Part shown: piece by piece, positions 9,369-18,703 of the stretch | How the letters are laid out: the number at the start of each line of letters is the position of its first letter | How positions within the stretch are numbered: position 1 is the first letter of the stretch | Source: an uncultured Chlamydiales bacterium | Lineage (GTDB): Bacteria > Chlamydiota > Chlamydiia > Chlamydiales > Rhabdochlamydiaceae | NCBI GenBank assembly: GCA_963700985.1 | Contig: OY969554.1 | Location: forward strand, 1,536,001-1,600,000 | Reading direction: 5' to 3' | Length of the DNA: 64,000 bases | The notes under the pieces: generated by a model | Database searches by the model: none | The model's input: only the letters and a program-made list of their open reading frames with translations | What the model was told of the DNA's origin: nothing | Made by a program: the position numbers and the translations under genes

Positions 9369-10804
9369 TTGACGCACACCGCATGTACGAAAGCCCCCTT
9401 GCCACGCGTTATGCTAGCGGTGAGATGTCATTTCTATTCTCGGCTGAATTCAAATATGTGACCTGGCGCCGCCTCTGGATTGCGTTGGCTAAAGCGCAAA
9501 AAAAACTTGGCCTATCGATTACTGATGCGCAAATTCAGGAAATGCAAAAAGAGCTGCATCATATCGATTATCAAAAAGCTGCAGAGTATGAAAAGCAGTT
9601 TCGCCATGATGTCATGGCTCACATTCATACTTTTGGAGACCTTTGCCCCACAGCTAAAGGTATTATTCACTGGGGAGCCACCTCATGTTTTGTCACAGAT
9701 AATACTGATCTGATCCAGGCCTATGAGGCACTTAAGATTTTGCACGCCAAAATCGTGCAGGTCATTCGCCATTTAGCCGCATTTGCGACAGAACACGCAG
9801 AGCTAGCCTGTTTGAGTTATACGCATTTTCAAGCCGCCCAGCCCACAACCGTTGGAAGACGCACCTGCCTCTGGATTCAAGATCTATTGCTCGATCTTCG
9901 CGACCTTGAAACACGTATGGCTGACTTCCCTTTTTTAGGCGCCAAGGGCGCAACCGGCACCCAGGCTTCTTTCCTTTTCCTTTTCGATGGAGACCATCAA
10001 AAGGTCAAAAAATTAGACACACTCGTCGCTGAAGAGATGGGTTTTTCCGCGCTCTTTCCCATTTCCGGGCAGACCTATACCCGTAAACAAGACATGCGGA
10101 TTTTCTCGGTCTTGTCAGGCGTGGCAGCTTCAGCACATAAATTTGCTACGGACATGCGCCTCTTAGCGCACCTTAAAGAATTGGAAGAGCCATTCTCTGC
10201 TAATCAAGTCGGCTCTTCTGCCATGCCCCATAAGCGCAATCCTATGCGCTGTGAACGCATTTGCGGCCTAGCGCGCTTCTTGCTTTCTCTCGGAGAAAAT
10301 CCAGCCTACACAGCCGCCACGCAATGGTTAGAGCGTACGCTCGATGATTCAGCCAATCGAAGACTCTCATTCCCAGAAGCCTTCTTGACTGCTGATGCCG
10401 TCTTAAATCTACTGGCTCATGTCACTTCTAAAATCGTAGTCAATCCAAAGATTATCGAAAAACATCTCCAAGAAGAGCTGCCCTTCATGGTCACAGAGAA
10501 TGTGCTGATGGAAGCGGTTAAGAAGGGTAAGGATCGCCAGAAAATTCACGCGCGCCTTAAAGAACATACTCACAACGCTGCACAGCAGATCAAAGAGGGC
10601 AAAGACGCCTCTTCTCTTTTAGAACAGATCTGGAAAGATTCCGAGATCGGCCTGTCGCAAAAAGAAGTGCTGGAGCTTTCGAAAGTGGAGCAATTCATCG
10701 GAAGATCTGTAGAGCAGGTGAAAGAGTTTCTCGCAGAAGAGGTGGTGCCGGTTTTAAAAACCCACGCTAAACTTACCTCTTCACTTCCCCCAGTTCAGAT
10801 TTGA
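9365..10804 (+). CDS. purB: Adenylosuccinate lyase
   Basis: RHDVMAH, HWGATSC and the fumarate-lyase signature GSSAMPHKRNPMRCE. Confidence 0.96.
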   Translation: MIDAHRMYESPLATRYASGEMSFLFSAEFKYVTWRRLWIALAKAQKKLGLSITDAQIQEMQKELHHIDYQKAAEYEKQFRHDVMAHIHTFGDLCPTAKGIIHWGATSCFVTDNTDLIQAYEALKILHAKIVQVIRHLAAFATEHAELACLSYTHFQAAQPTTVGRRTCLWIQDLLLDLRDLETRMADFPFLGAKGATGTQASFLFLFDGDHQKVKKLDTLVAEEMGFSALFPISGQTYTRKQDMRIFSVLSGVAASAHKFATDMRLLAHLKELEEPFSANQVGSSAMPHKRNPMRCERICGLARFLLSLGENPAYTAATQWLERTLDDSANRRLSFPEAFLTADAVLNLLAHVTSKIVVNPKIIEKHLQEELPFMVTENVLMEAVKKGKDRQKIHARLKEHTHNAAQQIKEGKDASSLLEQIWKDSEIGLSQKEVLELSKVEQFIGRSVEQVKEFLAEEVVPVLKTHAKLTSSLPPVQI

Positions 10805-11675
10805 TTTCACTCAATAACAACGCTTTCGCAAGCGTCTCGGCGATCTTTTTCTTTGTTGCCTCTTGAGGTTCAATCAAAGGAAGACGCATGTGCGGCAAAC
10901 ATTTGCCGAGCACGCTCAGCGCATATTTGATGCAGATCGGATTGCTCTCAAGAGAAAGAGCTCGGCAAAGAGGTAGAAAGCGCATAAAAATCTCGCGTGC
11001 TTCAATCAGTTGGCCCTGCTGCATGAGATCAATCATCTGTTTCCACTCGCGCGGAATGAGATTGCCCACGACTGAGAAAACCCCAGCGCCGCCGGCAGCC
11101 ATAGAAACCAACGTCAAAGAGTCATCGCCGGTGAAGATAGGTTTCGACGTAAGTGAGACGAGATCGGTGAGTAGATCGAGATCGGCTGATGTTTCTTTAA
11201 TGCCCACCACTTCCGGAATTTGACAGAGTTCTGTGAGTTGAGAAGCTTGCAGTCTCAGCCCTGTGCGTCCAGGATGATGATAGATGACAATCGGCAGACC
11301 CACTTTGGCGATTTCTTTGAAATGAGCAACTACACCTGGAAAACTGGGACGGTTGTAGTAAGGTAAGATCACTAGGCAGCCATTGGCACCAGCATCTTTA
11401 GCTTGCTGCGTAAAAAAAACGGTCTTGTGTGTGTCGTTTGTGCCTGTGCCCACAATGACCGGCATCTGACCATTAGTTACAGAAACAGTTTTTTCAATCA
11501 GGCTACGCTGCTCTTCTGGAGAAAGAGTCGGTGCCTCGCCCGTGGTGCCACAGATCACTAATCCATCTACATCCGCCTGAATCTGCTCTTCTACCAACTG
11601 CTCAAAGCTTGCTAGATCGACTTCACCACTCGCGGTAAAGGGTGTAGGCAATACTACAAATAAACCGTGCATCAT
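10773..11675 (-). CDS. dapA: 4-hydroxy-tetrahydrodipicolinate synthase
   Basis: GTTGEAPTL, PYYNRPS, Schiff-base GIKET, NPICIK. Confidence 0.95.
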   Translation of the reverse strand: MMHGLFVVLPTPFTASGEVDLASFEQLVEEQIQADVDGLVICGTTGEAPTLSPEEQRSLIEKTVSVTNGQMPVIVGTGTNDTHKTVFFTQQAKDAGANGCLVILPYYNRPSFPGVVAHFKEIAKVGLPIVIYHHPGRTGLRLQASQLTELCQIPEVVGIKETSADLDLLTDLVSLTSKPIFTGDDSLTLVSMAAGGAGVFSVVGNLIPREWKQMIDLMQQGQLIEAREIFMRFLPLCRALSLESNPICIKYALSVLGKCLPHMRLPLIEPQEATKKKIAETLAKALLLSEIKSELGEVKR

Positions 11676-12898
11676 AAATGGCGTCTCCTTTTGACGTATA
11701 AAATTGCCGCTCCAATGAATGCCATCACCCCACCAAACACAATCGCCAATGAAGGTAGAATCGCTGCGAATGCGGCTCCCACCACAGCAGTGATAAGTTC
11801 TGCCATTACCTGCACTGAGGTCAGCGTTCCCATCACTTGCCCCTGACTCTCTGGCCGCGCCGCATTCGATACGATCACGCTGGAGTTAGTCAGCGTGAGC
11901 GCCAGCAGCGCTCCGATGATCGGAACCGTTATTATGATGCTATATACCGAGGAGGGAAGGACGGCAATAATAAATACAAGGCCAAGCATAGGCGTAAAGA
12001 TAATCGTGGACAAACTCGGCGTCAGGCGTTTGGAAAGCCGCGTGCCAAAGGTTATAAGGCAGAGCGCAAAAATAACCGAGTTGAACACCATCACATAGGC
12101 GAGCTGCGAAGAGGTAAAGCTGAAAACCCGCTCCAAATAAACCGGGAAAAAGCGAAAGAAACTAAATGCCGCCAGTGAAATGAAAAAATTCGCGTAAAAG
12201 AGAAGACGCAGCGGCTTCTGCTTTAAAAGCGCAAGCTGCTCTTTCACAAAAGGTTCTTTAGGAATATGAGATATTTTTCGCGTCTCCTCAGATCCGAAGT
12301 AGATCGTGCCAATCCCAGCCACAGTTAAGAGAGCTGCAATCCAGAAAGGCGTTGCAAAGGTAAACCAACTTACGAGACTAGGATCGGCTAAGATTCCGCC
12401 TAAAAATGGACCAATAATAAAACCTAAACAGACAAAAAGACTGATCCAGCCAAAGTGGAAGATCTTATCGTTTGGATGATCATCTTGAGTGATATCCGCG
12501 ATAACCGCTTGTGCAATGGCGATGTTTCCTTCAAAAAAACCACAAATCAAAAGGCCACCGAAAATCCCCGTCAGGAATGTGTGTGAAGTCGAAATCGCTG
12601 TAATTACCCAGCCAAGCGTGCTTCCACAAAGAGTGTACAAGATGACTTTTTTTCGACCAAAACGATCTGAGAGGCGCCCTAAGATAGGAGAGCCGATTAA
12701 TTGTCCGAGCGGATAGGAGGTCATGATTAAGCCCAGCAACATCGTCTTCTTATAAAGCGAAAAACTCTGCGGCAGAATCGAGAGCACAGGATCGAGAAAC
12801 ATGGCCGGGAAAATGGGTAGAGGCAGAGAAAAGCCGATATAGGCCAGAAGAACTACGATTGCATAGGGAAGAAGTTTGCGTTTAAATGGAGGAAGCAT
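11672..12898 (-). CDS. MFS transporter (DHA1/TetA-like)
   Basis: Motif A GRLSDRFGRKKV, GFIIGPFLGG, about 12 hydrophobic segments. Confidence 0.9.
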   Translation of the reverse strand: MLPPFKRKLLPYAIVVLLAYIGFSLPLPIFPAMFLDPVLSILPQSFSLYKKTMLLGLIMTSYPLGQLIGSPILGRLSDRFGRKKVILYTLCGSTLGWVITAISTSHTFLTGIFGGLLICGFFEGNIAIAQAVIADITQDDHPNDKIFHFGWISLFVCLGFIIGPFLGGILADPSLVSWFTFATPFWIAALLTVAGIGTIYFGSEETRKISHIPKEPFVKEQLALLKQKPLRLLFYANFFISLAAFSFFRFFPVYLERVFSFTSSQLAYVMVFNSVIFALCLITFGTRLSKRLTPSLSTIIFTPMLGLVFIIAVLPSSVYSIIITVPIIGALLALTLTNSSVIVSNAARPESQGQVMGTLTSVQVMAELITAVVGAAFAAILPSLAIVFGGVMAFIGAAILYVKRRRHL

Positions 12899-12899
12899 T

Positions 12900-13610
12900 T
12901 TAAGATTTTACCTCCCAATCGATCGGCGTCTTACCAAATTTTTCCAAGTAGGCGTTGATCTTTGAGAAGTGCCGGCAACCGAAAAATCCATTACTTGCTG
13001 AATAGGGCGAGGGGTGGGCAGCCACAAGCACAGCATGTTTAGTTTTAGTATGTTGAACAATCTGCTGGTATTTTCCTTCGGCGGATTTTCCCCAGAGCAC
13101 GAAGACTAAAGGATCTTCTCTTTGCATCAGACGCGCGATGATTGCATCTGTAAAACGCTCCCAGCCTCTTCCATGATGCGATTTAGGTTCACCTGCTCGT
13201 ACGGTGAGTGTGGCGTTCAACATTAATACACCCTGTTTTGCCCAGCTGGCTAAACATCCATCTTTAGGATAAGGAATCTTCACATCATCGACTAGCTCTT
13301 TAAAAATATTTTTTAATGAAGGCGGGGAAGTAATGCCACTAGGAACGCTAAAGGAAAGCCCATGTGCCTGACCCTCACCATGATAGGGATCTTGTCCCAC
13401 AATGACCACTTTTACATCTTTGAAAGGCGTTTGTCGAAATGCATTAAAGATCAGAGATTCAGGAGGATAGACAACTGCACCCGCTTCTTTCTCGGCTGCC
13501 AAGAAGGCCTTCAGCTCCTTAATATAAGGATGCGCCAGCTCCTCTTTTAGCTCCACATGCCAGCTCGCCTCTAACTTCATTTGCATTTCAACCATCTCTC
13601 CTCCTGACAT
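12900..13610 (-). CDS. ung: Uracil-DNA glycosylase
   Basis: GQDPYH, PPSLKNI, LNATLTV, HPSPYS. The true start may be a few codons downstream. Confidence 0.97.
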   Translation of the reverse strand: MSGGEMVEMQMKLEASWHVELKEELAHPYIKELKAFLAAEKEAGAVVYPPESLIFNAFRQTPFKDVKVVIVGQDPYHGEGQAHGLSFSVPSGITSPPSLKNIFKELVDDVKIPYPKDGCLASWAKQGVLMLNATLTVRAGEPKSHHGRGWERFTDAIIARLMQREDPLVFVLWGKSAEGKYQQIVQHTKTKHAVLVAAHPSPYSASNGFFGCRHFSKINAYLEKFGKTPIDWEVKS

Positions 13611-13664
13611 TTACCAACAGGCTACCATGAACAAAATATTGTCGCCAACGATCCCTTGACGTCC

Positions 13665-13694
13665 TTGACATAAACCTTCTTCAACCCCTACGAT
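13665..13694 (+). promoter_or_regulatory. Candidate sigma66/sigma70 promoter
   Basis: TTGACA (13665-13670), 18-nt spacer, TACGAT (13689-13694) upstream of the small ORF and tRNA-Pro. Confidence 0.5.
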
Positions 13695-13722
13695 TTCCCT
13701 CTATTTAATAAGGGTGGTTAAT

Positions 13723-13977
13723 ATGGACGACTTAGCTGATAACAATCTCATTCGCTTTAAAAACATCTCGAAAAAGAAAGAGACGATGTACGCCAACTTC
13801 AAAGTGAAGGGCCTGCGTGCTGGCGTCAACTTTACCGCATCAATTTCTGTCGATATCTCTGCTGCTGAAGTGCATGCCGGAGATGTCCTTGAAAAAATCA
13901 TCGAAGAGTGTGCCCGCATTGGCGTAAAAGAGTTCAAACGCGCCGAATTCCAATTCGAAGGGATCACAACAATCTAA
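13723..13977 (+). CDS. Small conserved chlamydial hypothetical protein (CT606.1-like)
   Basis: MDDLADNNLIRFKNISKKKE...; divergent from ung as recalled for Chlamydia. The ORF track starts at 13714; ATG is at 13723. Confidence 0.7.
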   Translation: MDDLADNNLIRFKNISKKKETMYANFKVKGLRAGVNFTASISVDISAAEVHAGDVLEKIIEECARIGVKEFKRAEFQFEGITTI

Positions 13978-13985
13978 TCTTTTAT

Positions 13986-14060
13986 CTGGGTGTAGCGCAG
14001 CTTGGCTAGCGCACAAGCATGGGGTGCTTGGGGTCGTAGGTTCGAATCCTATCACCCAGA
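13986..14060 (+). tRNA. tRNA-Pro (GGG)
   Basis: Acceptor CTGGGTG/CACCCAG, D arm, anticodon stem CAAGC-ATGGGGT-GCTTG, T loop GGTTCGAATCC. CCA not encoded. Confidence 0.95.
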
Positions 14061-14199
14061 TTTTTCTTTTTTGATTACATTTCACGGAGCTAAGCTCTTT
14101 TAATATTACTTTTAGGGGAAACTAGTCTACTATTAGACTTTTCTTTGAAAGGAATTCCTCCTCCCGTCTATATTGCTGACCATAATTGGGAATCCTATT

Positions 14200-15051
14200 A
14201 TGAAAAATGACCTAATCCTATTTGAAAATTATAAAATACGCCGCCTGTACGACGAATCAACGGAAACGTGGTTTTTTTCGGTAGTGGATATTATTCAAGT
14301 ATTGACCCAACAGCCTGAATTTCAGGCAGCTAGAAACTACTGGAACGTTTTAAAAACTAGGCTCAACAAAGAGGGCACTCAGTCGCTTACAAATTGTAAG
14401 CGACTGAAATTGGAAGCTACTGATGGCAAAAAATATCTTACAGATGTTGCCAATGCTGAAACTGTATTAAGGCTAATCCAATCGATCCCTAGTCCCAAAG
14501 CCGAACCAATTAAACTCTGGCTAGCAAAAGTAGGTTATGAGCGCATACAAGAAATGGCTGACCCAGAAAAGTCATTGGATCGGGCTCGTGAGACCTGGCA
14601 AAAGCATGGGAGAAGTGAAAAGTGGATTCAGCAACGCATGATGGGACAAGAGACGCGCAATAAGCTCACTGATTACTGGAAAGATCATGACATTCAGAAG
14701 ACCAGTGAATTTGCAATCCTTACCAATATTATCCATCAAGAGTGGGCTGATTTATCAGTAAAGCAGCATAAAAATCTCAAAGGTTTGAAAACGCAAAATT
14801 TACGCGATCATATGAGTGAAGCTGAGTTGATCTTTACTGCCCTAGCTGAACTCTCTACAAGGCAAATAGCTGAGAGTACCGATGCTACCGGTATGATCGA
14901 AAATAAAACCGCTGCAAAAACTGGTGGCAATATCGCAAAAAAAGCTCGTCTGGAGCTGGAAGAAAAAACTCAAAAAAAAGTAGTCTCCGTGGAAAATTAT
15001 CTGCCTCCTATAAGACCCCAAATCCTCACAACCTCTAGCGATAAAGAATAG
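14200..15051 (+). CDS. BRO-N domain (phage antirepressor-like) DNA-binding protein
   Basis: LFENYKIRR...WFFSVVDII..LT...ARNYW..LK.RL, RLIQSIPSPKAEP.KLWLA.VG.ERI.E..DPE, NLRDHMS. AT-richer than its neighbours. Confidence 0.88.
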   Translation: MKNDLILFENYKIRRLYDESTETWFFSVVDIIQVLTQQPEFQAARNYWNVLKTRLNKEGTQSLTNCKRLKLEATDGKKYLTDVANAETVLRLIQSIPSPKAEPIKLWLAKVGYERIQEMADPEKSLDRARETWQKHGRSEKWIQQRMMGQETRNKLTDYWKDHDIQKTSEFAILTNIIHQEWADLSVKQHKNLKGLKTQNLRDHMSEAELIFTALAELSTRQIAESTDATGMIENKTAAKTGGNIAKKARLELEEKTQKKVVSVENYLPPIRPQILTTSSDKE

Positions 15052-15084
15052 TTTTCCATTAACAATGACAATCTTTACATCCAT

Positions 15085-15190
15085 AATTAGTTGCTATCCG
15101 CCCTTACCGATTTCGATCATTTCGGTGACATCAACGAAATGATCCTCAATACGCTGTCCACTATTTTTTGCAGACCTCTTTTTTAGCTTA
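15085..15190 (-). pseudogene. dinD-like (DNA-damage-inducible protein D) remnant
   Basis: Manual translation AKKEVC/(frameshift in an A6 run)/KNSGQRIEDHFVDVTEMIEIGKGG* resembles the DinD N-terminal motif (C.NSG....DHF.DV.KM..IG.G). It has an in-frame TAG and no start. Confidence 0.6.
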
Positions 15191-15236
15191 TGCTCAAAAA
15201 TATTCCCAGAAGAGAATATTGAGCTCACCGGAAAAT

Positions 15237-15429
15237 GTGTTCACAACTCTGATCAAAACCTGTGCACAGACGTGATTATAAGTGATGAGTGTTGATATCT
15301 GACGACTTATCGCCAGCTCCTCAACATTCTATGAACAGGAATTTTTCATTGAGCGGGGCCTCCACCTTATCGACATTTCCACACCGCTAAAATAGGAAGA
15401 TATCCTAGTATATATAAATAGATAATAAG
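15237..15429 (+). other. Putative chromosomal replication origin (oriC)
   Basis: Degenerate DnaA boxes GTGTTCACA (15237), CTGTGCACA (15260), TGTTGATAT (15290), TCCTCAACA (15318), TATGAACAG (15330). These are followed by overlapping TTATCGACA/ATTTCCACA (15367-15383), CCGC and an AT-rich tract. Confidence 0.6.
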
Positions 15430-15438
15430 AGAGAGGTT

Positions 15439-16086
15439 GTGAAAGTGTTGGCGCCTTCTTTAACGACTTTAGACTTCTTCGATCTCACACATTTTGCACA
15501 TGCACCTCTTTTTGCTAAGTGCCAATATCCGTGGGAAGCTCTTCAACATCTTTCGAGTTATCTTCGCGCTCAAACACTCGGCAAAATTCAAACAGAAGTG
15601 CCCGAAGGCGTGACTTTAGTGAAGCCAGAGCTCATCTCTATTGGTCCCGGTACGATCGTTGAACCTGGGGCTTATATTCACGGTCCTTGCGTTATCGGTT
15701 CGAATTGCACGATTCGCCATGGCGCATATATCCGCGGCGATCTGTTGTGCGGAGATGGATGTTTGATTGGACATGCAACGGAAATCAAACATTCGATTCT
15801 CTTAAATGGAACCATGGCTGCGCACTTTAACTATGTCGGCGATAGCATTTTAGGAAACAAAGTTAACTTAGGCGCCGGCGTGATCTGTGCAAATCTACGT
15901 TTGGACCATGCGCCTGTTAAAATCCGCCTTCCAGAGAAAGTGATTTCTACAAATCTGAAAAAACTCGGCGCGATCATCGGAGACGAAGCGCAAATCGGAT
16001 GCAATTGTGTGTTGAATCCAGGAACCTTGATCGCGAAAAATTCTCTCTGTCTTCCCTGCCAAAACATCTCGGGCTTTCATAAGTAA
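15439..16086 (+). CDS. GlmU-like glucosamine-1-phosphate acetyltransferase (LbH domain only, CT629-like)
   Basis: Hexapeptide repeats, AHFNYVGDSILG..VNLGAG...ANLR, KLGAIIGD. GTG start after GAGAGG. Confidence 0.85.
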   Translation: MKVLAPSLTTLDFFDLTHFAHAPLFAKCQYPWEALQHLSSYLRAQTLGKIQTEVPEGVTLVKPELISIGPGTIVEPGAYIHGPCVIGSNCTIRHGAYIRGDLLCGDGCLIGHATEIKHSILLNGTMAAHFNYVGDSILGNKVNLGAGVICANLRLDHAPVKIRLPEKVISTNLKKLGAIIGDEAQIGCNCVLNPGTLIAKNSLCLPCQNISGFHK

Positions 16087-16127
16087 AACCGTTTTACTTT
16101 CTTGCGCACATAGAGAAGAAATAAAAT

Positions 16128-16152
16128 TAACAGGATCATGGCCATCCTGTTA
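16128..16152. repeat. CAGGAT-module repeat, collapsed copy 2
   Basis: taacaggat-catggcc-atcctgtta: only the terminal modules remain, as a 9-bp inverted repeat. Confidence 0.65.
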
Positions 16153-16294
16153 TTTCTCTCTTCAGCTCAATGTGCTCAGCCGTGATACTCCAGATTACTC
16201 TTTCTTAGATGTATTTTTTTGGAGATTTGAATCAGCTTTTTGATGAGAATGTAAAAAATAGTCTGCAGAACCGAAACATTGGAACGAGATAAAT

Positions 16295-17221
16295 ATGGCC
16301 ACACAGATCTTTTCTGCAAGAGCATCAAGTGAAAAACCCTCTTCATCTTTCTTCTATTTTCACAAAGATCGCATCGAACAAGAAATTGCAAAAAGCATTA
16401 GCGGATTTGGCGAAAAGAGTAAATTGCGCGACGCAGTTGAATATGCACTTACTGGTGGCGGAAAGCGTTTTCGCCCTCTAGTGGTTTTGCTTATTGCCGA
16501 TGCGCTTAAGCATGGTTTAAATGTCTATGATGCAGCCCTGTCTGTCGAATTTTTCCATACCGCTTCGCTGATTGCAGATGACCTACCCTGCATGGACAAT
16601 GAAGATGAGAGACGCAGTAAGCCCACAGTGCACAAAGTTTTTGGTGAAACCATAGCGTTGCTTTCAAGTTATGCGTTAATCACCGCCGCCTTTGAGAAAA
16701 TTCACGCCAATGCGCAAGTTATGAAAGAAGCGCCTGCGCCTTTTTCTACTTATAGCGAACGCGCGTGCATGATCGCTTTAGAAAGCGCTGCGCGCTGCTC
16801 AGGCATTCTGGGTGCAACTGGTGGTCAATTTCTAGATCTTTTCCCTCCGAATCATAATCTTGAAACGGTCAAACAGGTTATCTACAAAAAGTCGGTCACA
16901 CTTTTCGAAGTGGCGTTTGTTTTTGGCTGGGTATTTGGCGGCGGAGATCTCTCGCAAGTCGATCTGCTTAAAAAAGCCTCTTTTCACCTCGGCATGGCCT
17001 TTCAAATCGCGGACGACATCACAGATATGTACAGCGATGAGAAGAAACAGAATGAGATGAACATTGCTAGGCTGATTGGTAAAGAGCGTGCTTTGAATGT
17101 CTTTGAAGAGGAGATGGTTAAGCTGAAAGACGCGCTTGTCATTCTCAAATTGAATACGCCCTCGTTTGACAAGATGTGTGATATGCTAACCAAGCTAGCT
17201 AGAGACACGACCTCAATCTAA
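16295..17221 (+). CDS. ispA: Polyprenyl (farnesyl/geranylgeranyl) diphosphate synthase
   Basis: GGKRFRP, ADDLPCMDNEDERR, GGQFLDL, FQIADD. Confidence 0.92.
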   Translation: MATQIFSARASSEKPSSSFFYFHKDRIEQEIAKSISGFGEKSKLRDAVEYALTGGGKRFRPLVVLLIADALKHGLNVYDAALSVEFFHTASLIADDLPCMDNEDERRSKPTVHKVFGETIALLSSYALITAAFEKIHANAQVMKEAPAPFSTYSERACMIALESAARCSGILGATGGQFLDLFPPNHNLETVKQVIYKKSVTLFEVAFVFGWVFGGGDLSQVDLLKKASFHLGMAFQIADDITDMYSDEKKQNEMNIARLIGKERALNVFEEEMVKLKDALVILKLNTPSFDKMCDMLTKLARDTTSI

Positions 17222-18627
17222 GAAGCCGTTTCAGCTTCTTCGGGCTGTTCGAGGGCCTCTTCAACTTCTTCAATCTCTCGAACTTCTTCCGCTTCTTCGG
17301 AGAACTCGATTTCCTCCTCAATCTCTTCGGAGCGCTCAAGGGCTGCTTTTCTCTGCAAAATTTTATCTATACTAGTGCGAACCCGTGCAATATCTACCTG
17401 GTGATTTTCTGCAGCTTTTTCGTAGAGGTGCAGAGCTATGTCGAAATATTCAAGCGCGTCGTCATAATTTATAAAGGCCATAGCATTCCCAAAGTTATAA
17501 TAGGAGAGTCCTACTTCGGGATCTCCTTTTCCTAAGGCCCTTTCACAGCGATCCAAAGCACGCTCATGGCAACCACACATATAATGGCAATTCGTATTAT
17601 TTATATTTTCCCTTAGACAACCATCTTTCATGAAGCATTCGAAAGATCGGGCCAAGTCAGTGTAAAACTTTGAGATCACAAGATGCTCTTCATCTCGAGA
17701 GCTCGTCATAACTGTCAAAGCTCTCCTGTGATACTTGATGGCGCAATTAGCACTTTGCACCAAATCTCTGCCTTGCATAGCCTTCAGTCTCCAAGTCTCT
17801 CCTAGATGATTTAGAAACAAGGCCAAATCGGAATGCTCTTCGCCAAAAGCGATATGATGAATGGCACAGGTGCGCGTGAGGTAAAGGATTGCATCTTCAG
17901 CGTGGCCAGCTTCGAAAGCAGCCAATCCCAAAGTGCAAAAATTCGTCGTAAGCTCGGTGGCTTTTTTCTGCACGTCTTGGTAGAACAGATGTTCGCTGAG
18001 GGTTAGAGGGGTAATTTTTTGTGGATAATCAAAAAGGCCCCAGATAGCAGTACAGCTCTCCTGATCGCCCATTTGTAAAGCGCCTATGAAAAGATCGACT
18101 TTGAGTCGATCAAGAGTATCGACCCCATTTTTTTGCAGGCGTATAAAAAGAGCTTCATTCGTTACTAGGGTATGCATCACGGCAAGCAGGTGCTGAGTTT
18201 CTAATCGCCCTAGAAAATGGCGATTATTGTAGACCACTTCAGCTCCTTTCGGACTGGATGCTATCTCTTCAATTAGTTGAGTATCTGCTTTTGAGAAAGC
18301 AAATTCACGTATGGATATCAGAAACGTTTTAAATAAAGAGCCTGCATCAAAAGCAGGAAGAGCCATTTTCTTATGGATACTGTGAATTTGATGCACGCTA
18401 GAGCTATCTATAAATACTTGCTCTTGCAAAGCCCTTTTATAGATATTCTTACCAGCGGATGAATGAAAATAACTTGCCAAATCATAACACTGGGCGGGAT
18501 CTAAATAGGATACCAAAATAGTGCAAAGCCCTTTGATTTCCCAAAAAAACTGAGGTTCTTGATTAGTTTTGCGAATGCAAGAAACAACATGGGCTTTGGC
18601 ACTGAGTGAGAACTCTACTGCAGTCAT
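17218..18627 (-). CDS. TPR-repeat protein with acidic C-terminal tail
   Basis: Kinesin-light-chain-type TPR motifs (FGEEHSDLALFLNHLG; LGKGDPEVGLSYYNFG) and a Glu-rich tail. Confidence 0.75.
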   Translation of the reverse strand: MTAVEFSLSAKAHVVSCIRKTNQEPQFFWEIKGLCTILVSYLDPAQCYDLASYFHSSAGKNIYKRALQEQVFIDSSSVHQIHSIHKKMALPAFDAGSLFKTFLISIREFAFSKADTQLIEEIASSPKGAEVVYNNRHFLGRLETQHLLAVMHTLVTNEALFIRLQKNGVDTLDRLKVDLFIGALQMGDQESCTAIWGLFDYPQKITPLTLSEHLFYQDVQKKATELTTNFCTLGLAAFEAGHAEDAILYLTRTCAIHHIAFGEEHSDLALFLNHLGETWRLKAMQGRDLVQSANCAIKYHRRALTVMTSSRDEEHLVISKFYTDLARSFECFMKDGCLRENINNTNCHYMCGCHERALDRCERALGKGDPEVGLSYYNFGNAMAFINYDDALEYFDIALHLYEKAAENHQVDIARVRTSIDKILQRKAALERSEEIEEEIEFSEEAEEVREIEEVEEALEQPEEAETAS

Positions 18628-18647
18628 CTGGAGCTACTCTAGGTGTT

Positions 18648-18684
18648 AAAAAAGAAGTGCTAGCTTCTTAGAAAAGAAGCTAGC
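18648..18684 (-). terminator. Rho-independent terminator of recA
   Basis: Perfect 11-bp stem gctagcttctt/aagaagctagc (18659-18684) with a 4-nt loop, followed on the minus strand by acttctttttt. Confidence 0.75.
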
Positions 18685-18703
18685 GGAGAGTGGATCTAAG
18701 AGC

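Noticed and set aside
13840-14085. 81-aa minus-strand ORF
   Set aside because: Antisense to tRNA-Pro and the small conserved gene.
14061-15200. Prophage or ICE at tRNA-Pro
   Set aside because: No integrase, structural genes or att duplication noticed; only about 1.1 kb of cargo.
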